Source: an uncultured Candidatus Accumulibacter sp. (lineage in GTDB: Bacteria > Pseudomonadota > Gammaproteobacteria > Burkholderiales > Rhodocyclaceae). Taken from it: DNA of 64,000 nt. Positions within the stretch are counted from its first letter, which is position 1; every line of letters starts with the position of its first letter. The notes under the pieces were generated by a model, which was given only the letters and a program-made list of their open reading frames with translations, had not been told where the DNA came from and searched no databases. A program made the translations under genes and the position numbers. Below, piece after piece: positions 55,531-64,000 of the stretch. The DNA lies in assembly GCA_964420975.1 (NCBI GenBank), contig CAYQVH010000018.1, forward strand, positions 8,847-72,846, written 5' to 3'.

Positions 55531-56691
55531 ATGTTGAAACGATTGGTCGTAAAAAAGAGCGAACGCGGAGTGTTGCGTAAGGACGGCGACTTCGAGGCGA
55601 TTCTTCCGCCTGGACGCTACCGCTTCGTCGATCCGTGGCGCCGGGTCTCACTCCAGTTGTGGCCCGCCGATTCGCGCATGACCGACCTCGATCTGGTCGA
55701 CTACCTGCTGCAAGAGGACGCCGCGACAGCCACCGAACACTTTGTCCCGATGGTTCTCGGCGAAGACGAAGCCGGCCTGCGCTATGAGAACGAAACGCTG
55801 GTCGAGATTCTGCCGCCCGCCTCGCGCAACTACTGGTGGAAGGGGTTCCTGAACCATCGCCTCGAGCGCGTCGACCTGAAGGCAGAGGCGACTTTGCCGT
55901 CCAGACTGGCAGCTCGCTTGGCGCAACCCGCGCTGCGCGGGCAGCCGGTCACCGGCCTCGGTGGCCTGCTCCTGCAACAGGTCCCCGTCGGTTGGGTCGC
56001 GGTCGTGCGTGTCGACGGCAAAGTGAAAGACCTTCTCGCGCCGGGGCTGGCCGCGTTCTGGCGCTTCAACCACGAGGTGCAGCTCGAACTGGTCGACACC
56101 CGCTGGCAGTCGATGGAAGTCAGCGGCCAGGAGATCCTGTCGCGTGACAAGGTCGCGCTGCGCCTCAACCTGGTCGCCACTTGGCGTTATTCCGACGTGT
56201 TGCGGGCCTTCGAACAGCTCTGCAAGCCTGCCGAACACCTCTACCGCGAGCTGCAGCTCGGGTTGCGGGCGGCGGTTGGTACGCGCTCGGTCGACGAACT
56301 GCTTGACAACAAGCAGGTCATCGATGAGGGAGTCGCCGCGCACGTGGCCCGCAAGCTGCAAGGCTTCGGACTCGAAGTCGCCAGCCTCGGCGTTCGTGAC
56401 ATCGTACTGCCAGGCGAGATGAAGACGATCCTGGCGCAGGTGGTTGAGGCACAGAAGTCGGCGGAGGCGAACGTCATCCGCCGGAGGGAAGAAACCGCCG
56501 CCACCCGCTCGCTGTTGAATACGGCGCGGGTCATGGAGGACAACCCGACCGCTTTGCGCCTGAAGGAACTGGAAACGTTGGAAAGGGTCGCCGAGCGCAT
56601 CGATCGCATCTCGGTCTTCGGCGGTCTCGATCAGGTGCTCGACGGACTGGTTCGTATTGGTCACGGCAAAACGGAGGAGAAACGTACATGA
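55531..56691 (+). CDS. SPFH/band-7 (slipin) family protein
   Basis: VDTRWQSMEVSGQEILSRDKVALR, VRDIVLPGEMK, RREETAATRSLLNTA..MEDNP..L.LKELE. Confidence 0.9.
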   Translation: MLKRLVVKKSERGVLRKDGDFEAILPPGRYRFVDPWRRVSLQLWPADSRMTDLDLVDYLLQEDAATATEHFVPMVLGEDEAGLRYENETLVEILPPASRNYWWKGFLNHRLERVDLKAEATLPSRLAARLAQPALRGQPVTGLGGLLLQQVPVGWVAVVRVDGKVKDLLAPGLAAFWRFNHEVQLELVDTRWQSMEVSGQEILSRDKVALRLNLVATWRYSDVLRAFEQLCKPAEHLYRELQLGLRAAVGTRSVDELLDNKQVIDEGVAAHVARKLQGFGLEVASLGVRDIVLPGEMKTILAQVVEAQKSAEANVIRRREETAATRSLLNTARVMEDNPTALRLKELETLERVAERIDRISVFGGLDQVLDGLVRIGHGKTEEKRT

Positions 56692-57101
56692 TCAGTGGCA
56701 AACAGAAGCGTCTCGCGCTGCGCGAACGGTGCCGCTTGCGCGCCGCACGCCGCCTCGCCGTGATGCAGCAAGCGACCCGAGAGCCGGCGCCGGCGCGAAC
56801 GGTGCCGGTAGGCGCCCCACTGCTCGTGTCCGGCGCCTGGCCTGGAGCGCCGGACTTCATCCGGCGCGGCTATTACCAGGACACGCCCTTTTCGTGTGTC
56901 GACTGCGGTGCGTTCTGCGTCTGGTTCGCCAGTCGCCAGAAGTGGTGGTACGAAGTCGCCGGCGGCGACCTCGCCAGCACGGCGCGCCGCTGCGCCGCCT
57001 GCCGCGCGGCGGAAAGGCAGCGCAAGGCCGACGCACGGCAGTGCCGGCTCGCCGGCATCGAGGCAAAGGTCGGGCGAGCCAGGACGGCGTTGCTCCCGTA
57101 A
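56688..57101 (+). CDS. Zinc-ribbon protein (zf-trcl-like)
   Basis: D.PFSCVDCG...QKWWYE...RCAACR; 4-nt overlap with the SPFH gene. Confidence 0.7.
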   Translation: MISGKQKRLALRERCRLRAARRLAVMQQATREPAPARTVPVGAPLLVSGAWPGAPDFIRRGYYQDTPFSCVDCGAFCVWFASRQKWWYEVAGGDLASTARRCAACRAAERQRKADARQCRLAGIEAKVGRARTALLP

Positions 57102-57153
57102 GATCACGGCCGCGAAGAAGAACTGCCCCGCCCGGAACCCGGAGACAATCACC

Positions 57154-58395
57154 ATGACAGAACATCAGCAACAGCCATCGGCGAGTGAAGTGATCGCCCT
57201 GCCCGGCACACACCCCATCCGGATGTGGACAGAAGGTGTACCGGTCGAGGAAGAGGCGCGCCAGCAACTCATCAATACGGCGCGCATGCCGTTCATTTTT
57301 CGGCACTTGGCGGTAATGCCCGACGTCCATCTGGGAAAGGGATCGACCATCGGCAGCGTGATTCCGACCCGTGGCGCGATCATCCCGGCAGCAGTCGGCG
57401 TCGACATCGGTTGCGGCATGATCGCGACGCGAACGACGCTGAACGCCGCCGACCTGCCGGACAACCTGCATCCGCTGCGTACGGCGATCGAACGTGCGGT
57501 TCCGCACGGGCGTACCGTTGGTCGCGGCAAGCGCGACGAAGGCAGCTGGGAGAATCCGCCTGAGTTCGTCAGCCGGTTGTGGGGCGAACTGTTGCCTGGC
57601 TTTCAGCGCCTCGTCGACAAGCATCCGCGTCTGAAATCAACCAACCACTACAAGCACTTGGGAACGCTGGGCAGCGGTAACCACTTCATCGAGGTCTGTC
57701 TGGACGAGGTCGATCGCGTCTGGTTCATGCTGCATTCGGGGTCCCGCGGAATCGGCAACGCGATCGGCTGTCTATTCATTGAACTCGCGCAGTCGGATAT
57801 GCGCCGACATCACGCGAGTCTGCCCGACCGCGACCTCGCCTATATCGAGGAAGGCAGCCCGAACTTTGCCGATTATCTGGAGGCGGTCGGCTGGGCACAG
57901 GACTACGCGCGCCACAACCGGCAGGCAATGATGACCCATCTTGTCGCCGCCGCACGGCAGGTGATCGCGCGGCCATTCGCGATCGACGCCGAGGCGGTCA
58001 ACTGTCATCACAACTACGTACAACAGGAGACCCACTTCGGCGCGGAAGTCTACGTCACGCGCAAAGGCGCGGTCTCGGCGCGCAGGGGCGAGCTCGGGAT
58101 CATCCCCGGCTCGATGGGCGCACGCAGCTACATCGTGCGAGGACTCGGCAACGAGGAGGCGTTCTGTTCGTGCAGCCACGGCGCGGGGCGGACGATGAGC
58201 CGCAATGAGGCCAGGCGGCGCTTCACCGTCGCCGACCAGGAACGCGCCACCGCGCACGTCGAGTGCCGCAAGGATCGCAACGTGATCGACGAAATCCCGA
58301 TGGCGTACAAGAACATCGACGCCGTGATGTACGCCCAGCGATCGCTGGTTGAAATCGTGCATACGCTACGGCAGGTGGTCTGCGTCAAGGGCTGA
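57154..58395 (+). CDS. rtcB: RNA 3'-phosphate/2',3'-cyclic phosphate 5'-OH ligase
   Basis: MPDVHLGKG, GVDIGCG, GTLGSGNHF, HSGSRG, HNY, RKGA, PGSMG, SHGAGR, YKNID. Confidence 0.97.
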   Translation: MTEHQQQPSASEVIALPGTHPIRMWTEGVPVEEEARQQLINTARMPFIFRHLAVMPDVHLGKGSTIGSVIPTRGAIIPAAVGVDIGCGMIATRTTLNAADLPDNLHPLRTAIERAVPHGRTVGRGKRDEGSWENPPEFVSRLWGELLPGFQRLVDKHPRLKSTNHYKHLGTLGSGNHFIEVCLDEVDRVWFMLHSGSRGIGNAIGCLFIELAQSDMRRHHASLPDRDLAYIEEGSPNFADYLEAVGWAQDYARHNRQAMMTHLVAAARQVIARPFAIDAEAVNCHHNYVQQETHFGAEVYVTRKGAVSARRGELGIIPGSMGARSYIVRGLGNEEAFCSCSHGAGRTMSRNEARRRFTVADQERATAHVECRKDRNVIDEIPMAYKNIDAVMYAQRSLVEIVHTLRQVVCVKG

Positions 58396-58542
58396 TAAAG
58401 CGTGTAAATAATCACTTGATTAGAAATGAAGCTCCTTCTGGCTCACTTTCTGCGCCACCAACCCCATAGGCTGGTGACGTCTCACCAAGGAGCTTGCGCG
58501 GTGGCACAGAACTCTATTCAACGCCCAAGGCCACCCGGTGTA

Positions 58543-58579
58543 GGCGAAGCTCACGCCGGTGTCGGGCGTGAGCTTCGCC
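58543..58579. repeat. Perfect 15-bp hairpin, REP-like (preceded by GTA)
   Basis: GGCGAAGCTCACGCC-GGTGTCG-GGCGTGAGCTTCGCC; GTAG at 58540-58543. Confidence 0.6.
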
Positions 58580-58606
58580 CGGGATTTCGTCTTCCAAGAG
58601 GTGGGG

Positions 58607-58752
58607 TATAACGCCCCGGTAAATTGGAAGGAGAAGTGACGTTGAAGAAGATACCGAAGCAGGAAAACCCCGCCGAGTTCAAGGAATTGTCGGTGAAACG
58701 AGTAAAGGCAGGCCAAAGCGTTGGCGTTGTGGCCCGGGAGCTGGGGGCTGAT
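58607..58752 (+). mobile_element. IS3 family remnant (left end and orfA fragment)
   Basis: LKKIPKQENPAEFKELSVKRVKAGQSVGVVARELG resembles the IS3 OrfA HTH; homology stops after about 36 codons. Confidence 0.7.
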
Positions 58753-58892
58753 TGGACTCCAACTCTTTTTTGGTTGTGGTCCCACCGTAGGGAAAGCGCT
58801 ATTCTTGCCACCTATCTGCGCACCGCCCGTTCCAGTTTCAGTCGGTCGGAGGCGTGCCGGGCGGCAGGTTTTTCTTGCTGGGAGATTCGCGG

Positions 58893-59459
58893 ATGCGTTG
58901 TCCGGTTGGCCGCTCGATCGGTCATTGCTGGCGCGGTCTGGCGCTAGTCACTCTAGTGATCGCCGGAGCATGCGGGCAGTCGCCGACACCGCCAGCGACG
59001 CCGCCCGCATTAGGGGAAATCCGCAATTTCACCGGAACCTGGTCATTCACCGGCGCCCGCCAGATCATGCCACTGGCAGCCGGTGATCAAGCGGGGATCT
59101 TCTCGGTCAAGGGTTCGCTGTTGCTTACCGGGCAGGAGCGGCCCGCGCTCGGCTTCCTGGCCGAGGTTATCGGCTTCTCAGACAGCCAGAAGGGCATGGT
59201 GGGGCGCAGCGTGTGGATCGACCAGCGCGGTGACAAGGCGTTCAGCGAGCTCTCCGGCGAATCCGCGCTTCCCGGACATTCGATCAACGGCCGCTTCACC
59301 GGGGGGACCGGCCGCTACGCCGGCGTTACCGGCGAATACCGTTTTACCTGGCAGCGGCTGTCGGAAAGTGAGGACGGCGTCAGCGGACGGGTCAGCGACC
59401 TCGCCGGCTGGGCGCGTCTGGCGCCGCCGATTACCCCTGCCCCCGGAGGGCCGCAATGA
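58893..59459 (+). CDS. Hypothetical exported/lipoprotein, beta-rich
   Basis: IAGAC lipobox-like; FTGGTGRYAGVTG motif; coupled to the DASS gene; start uncertain. Confidence 0.6.
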   Translation: MRCPVGRSIGHCWRGLALVTLVIAGACGQSPTPPATPPALGEIRNFTGTWSFTGARQIMPLAAGDQAGIFSVKGSLLLTGQERPALGFLAEVIGFSDSQKGMVGRSVWIDQRGDKAFSELSGESALPGHSINGRFTGGTGRYAGVTGEYRFTWQRLSESEDGVSGRVSDLAGWARLAPPITPAPGGPQ

Positions 59460-60868
59460 GTGCCCGCAATTCCCGCATCCGCGAAACGCTGACAGCGCTG
59501 GCGCCATTCGCTCTGGCTCTCGGCCTCTGGTTCGCGCCGATTCCGGAGGGGTTGACACGCGAGGCGTGGCACCTGTTCGCGATTTTCGCTGCGGCGATCT
59601 TCGCCGTGATCATCAATGCCTTCCCTTTGCTGACCGCCGCGCTGCTCGCCGGCGCCGCTGCGGTGCTCAGCAATACGCTCGATCCGGTCAAGGCCTTCGG
59701 CGGTTTTGCCAACCAGAGCGTGCTGCTGGTCGTCGTCGCCTTCCTCGTCGCGCAGGCGGTGGTCAAGTGCGGACTCGGCCGGCGGATCAGCCTGCGCGTG
59801 GTGAGCGTTTTCGGAAAATCGACGCTCGGGCTGGCATATAGCATTTTCATCACCGATGCCCTGATCGCTCCCGGCTTCCCGAGCAATACCGCGCGTGGCG
59901 GTGTTCTCTACCCGATTGTCCTCGCGATTGCCCAGAACAGCGGGTCGCTGCCTGGCGACGAGAGCAAGCGGCGTCTCGGCGGCTACCTGATGTTCTGCGG
60001 CATGGCCAGCCTCAGCGTGTCGTCGGCGTTGTGGCTGACCGCCACCTCGGCCAATCCGATCGGCGTGTCGCTGGCGGCGGAAAAGGGGCTGCAGGTCAGT
60101 TTCGGCTCCTGGCTTTTGGTCGCCTCGGTGCCGGCGCTGGTCGCGATTGGCCTGCTGCCGCTTGTGCTCTACCGGCTTTTCCCGCCGGGGGTGACCGCCA
60201 CACCCGACGCGCCGAAGGCCGCGCGCGAGGCGCTGCGCGAAATGGGGCCGCTGTCGCGCGACGAGTGGATCACGGCGGTGGTTTTCGCCACCATGGTTTG
60301 CGCGTGGATCCTCGGCGGGACGCTACACCTTAATCTCACGGCGGTGGCCATCGCCGGTCTCGGCACCTTGCTGGCGACTCGGGTACTGACCCTCGACGAC
60401 ATATATCTGCAGGGCAGCACGCTGGCGACCTTCCTCTGGCTGGCGGTGCTCTTCGCCCTGAGCGGGCAGCTCAACGAGATGGGTTTCATGGGTTATGTCG
60501 GGGAGCGGCTGGCGTTGATGCTCGGCGAGGTCTCGTGGCCGGTTGCCTACGTCGTGCTGCTGCTGCTTTACGTGGCGATGCACTACATGTTCGTCAGCCA
60601 GTCGGCGCAGGTGCTGGCGCTGCTCGGTGTTTTCCTCGACGTTGGCGTCCAGACCGGCGTCCCGGTTCACCTGATGGGCTTTGCTCTGCTCTTCGCCAGC
60701 AGCTACTTTTCGACGCTGACGCCGCAGGGCGGCAGCCAGAACGTCATCTTCGTCGCCAGCGACTACCTGACTCAGGGCGAGTTGTATCGTCTCGGGCTGC
60801 TGACGACGCTCTTCTGCACCTTGGTGTTCCTGCTGATCGGGACACCCTGGGTGCTTTGGGTCGGCTGA
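59456..60868 (+). CDS. DASS family anion/dicarboxylate transporter (CitT/TtdT/YflS-like)
   Basis: WHLFAIF, PSNTARGG, LWLTATSANP, HYMFVS, TPQGG motifs. Confidence 0.9.
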   Translation: MSARNSRIRETLTALAPFALALGLWFAPIPEGLTREAWHLFAIFAAAIFAVIINAFPLLTAALLAGAAAVLSNTLDPVKAFGGFANQSVLLVVVAFLVAQAVVKCGLGRRISLRVVSVFGKSTLGLAYSIFITDALIAPGFPSNTARGGVLYPIVLAIAQNSGSLPGDESKRRLGGYLMFCGMASLSVSSALWLTATSANPIGVSLAAEKGLQVSFGSWLLVASVPALVAIGLLPLVLYRLFPPGVTATPDAPKAAREALREMGPLSRDEWITAVVFATMVCAWILGGTLHLNLTAVAIAGLGTLLATRVLTLDDIYLQGSTLATFLWLAVLFALSGQLNEMGFMGYVGERLALMLGEVSWPVAYVVLLLLYVAMHYMFVSQSAQVLALLGVFLDVGVQTGVPVHLMGFALLFASSYFSTLTPQGGSQNVIFVASDYLTQGELYRLGLLTTLFCTLVFLLIGTPWVLWVG

Positions 60869-60907
60869 ACGACGCTGGGAGTACCTGATCTTTCGAAAGG
60901 AACGGAC

Positions 60908-62305
<1,398 letters not shown>

Positions 62306-62399
62306 TCCGTTGCCAAGAATTAGCCGTGTCCATCGAGTTTCCGGCAGACCGGGATGGTGGCCGGGCTGCTTTCCGTTTTCCGCTGGGAGAGCAAGCATC

Positions 62400-63725
62400 A
62401 TGTCCCTGACGATATTTGTTCAGTTCGCGGTAGTCCTCACGGCAATCTGACTGGGCGCACGCTACAGCGGTGTGGGACTTGGCCTCTGGGGGGCGGTCGG
62501 CCTGCTGGTGCTGGTCGTCGGTTTCGGGGTAACGCCGACCTCGCCGCCGATCGACGTCATGCTGATCATCCTGGCGGTGATCATGGCCGCCTCGGTGATG
62601 GACGCTGCGGGCGGGATCGACTTTCTCGTCCGCATCGCCGAGCGGATCATCCGCGCCAACCCAAAGTACGTCACCATCGTCGCTCCGCTGACTACGTGGA
62701 GCTTCACCTTCGTCGCCGGTACCGGGCATATCGTCTATCCGCTGCTGCCGGTGATCTACGAGACCGCGCACCAGAGCGGTATTCGCCCCGAGTGGCCGAT
62801 GGCGATCGCGACCATCGCCTCGCAGCAGGCGATTACCGCCAGCCCGGTTGCCGCGGCGACGGCGGCGATGATTGGCCTCTTTGCCGAGAAAGGGCTGACC
62901 CAGTGGGGGCTGCCCGAGATCCTGATGGTCTGCGTACCGGCAACGCTGGCCGGCGTGGTCGCAGGAGCCATTGTTTCGATGTTTCTCGGCAAGGATCTGC
63001 GGGACGATGCCGAGTATCAGGCGCGCCTGGCGACCGGCCAGATTCCGGCGCCAAAGGCGGCGAGCGAGCGGCCGCCGCTGAGGCCGGCGGCCAGGTTTTC
63101 GGCGTATCTCTTCCTGAGCGGCGTCGCGCTGGTCGTGCTGTTCGGTTTCTTTCCCGAGTTGCGCAAGCCGCCGGGTGCCAAGAGCCCGCTCGGCATGCCG
63201 ATCGTCATCGAAATCGTCATGATGGCGGTCGCCGCGATCATGCTCATGGCCACCAAGGTGAATGCCGATGAAGTGCCCAAGACGGCTACGCTCCGCGCCG
63301 GCGTCGTCGCGGTGATCGGCATTTTCGGGCTCGCCTGGCTGGGCGACAGCTTCATCGCCGCGCACAAGGAGGTGATTGTTCCAGCCATCGGCCACTGGGC
63401 CGAGGCTGCGCCATGGACTTTCGCCTTTGGACTGTTCTTTGCTTCCGTGCTGCTTTACAGCCAGGCAGCGACGACGCGAGCACTGATGCCGCTCGGCATT
63501 GCGCTCGGAATTCCCCCACAATTCCTGATCGCGATGTTTCCCTCGGTCAACGGCTACTTCTTCATCCCGACCTACGGCTCGCTGATCGCCGCGATCAACT
63601 TCGACCTTTCAGGGACGACGAAAATCGGCAAGTACGTTCTGAACCATTCGTTCATGATTCCCGGCCTCGTCGCGACTTCAGTCGCCGTGACCAGCGGCCT
63701 ACTGCTGGCGCGGGTGATTTTCTGA
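62400..63725 (+). pseudogene. Anaerobic C4-dicarboxylate transporter (DcuA/DcuB family) with an in-frame TGA at codon 17
   Basis: ATG 62400 with GGAG RBS reads MSLTIFVQFAVVLTAI*LGARYSGVGLG; the rest is intact (AGGIDFLV, ITASPV, PTYG, GTTKIGKYVLNHSF). Confidence 0.75.
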
Positions 63726-64000
63726 CTTGGCGGCGGGAGCAAGAGAAAAGGCCGACGTCATTCCCCGAGGTGACAAAGCGATCAATCGGAGGGCGCAACC
63801 TTTCACGAAGCCTACCTTGAACTGCAACGGGCCGACGGTCGACGACGTCCAGGCAAAGCTCCGCTGGCAGCTGTAGAGCATTGGGTCAGCGAACAGAATC
63901 AGGAATCGCGGATAGCATGAAACTCGCCCTTTGGAAGACGAAAATAGAGGGAAGCTCAGGAAGCTCACCTACAATGCGGACTTTTCTTTTGGGATACGAG

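Noticed and set aside
62448-62450. TGA in dcu as selenocysteine or an alternative genetic code
   Set aside because: It lies in a TM helix where Trp is expected, no SECIS-like hairpin is evident, and many genes in the window end in TGA.
63726-64000. Short ORFs and a lower-GC stretch at the window end
   Set aside because: No recognisable motif in any frame and the region is cut by the window edge, so it cannot be assigned.

Overview
GC-rich (about two-thirds G+C by eye) chromosomal window from a Betaproteobacterium. The gene order polA-DUF2782-thrB-BPSS1780x2-rsfS-rlmH-maf plus glcDEF suggests Rhodocyclales, possibly an Accumulibacter-like organism; this is an inference only. Most of the window is housekeeping and transport genes: a branched-chain amino acid ABC transporter, tam, polA, glcDEF, an M16 peptidase, mscL, an aminotransferase, a PHB depolymerase, a 5'-nucleotidase, an acyl-CoA synthetase and aspA/DASS/dcu. 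Three accessory features stand out. (1) A 5.3-kb patch bounded by a 61-bp direct repeat holds an eroded CHAT gene, a vapBC pair, a REP doublet and an ISAs1 element interrupted by an intact IS110/IS1111-group element. The element's downstream non-coding end shows a readable bridge/seekRNA, with guides matching both its own circle junction and the ISAs1 E-K-D-H codons it inserted into. (2) An RtcR/sigma54 RNA-repair operon (SPFH protein, zinc ribbon, RtcB) has a ~500-nt leader containing a tandem series of tRNA-mimic modules: four T-loop hairpins, one module ending in ACCA, one with a shrunken anticodon loop. (3) An HvfA/bufferin-type MNIO (DUF692) RiPP cluster. Smaller lesions include a 99-bp MITE in a stop codon, a truncated acyl-CoA ligase homolog with a degenerate P-loop coupled to glcF, and an in-frame TGA at codon 17 of dcu. 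All family assignments come from motif recognition by eye; no database searches were run.
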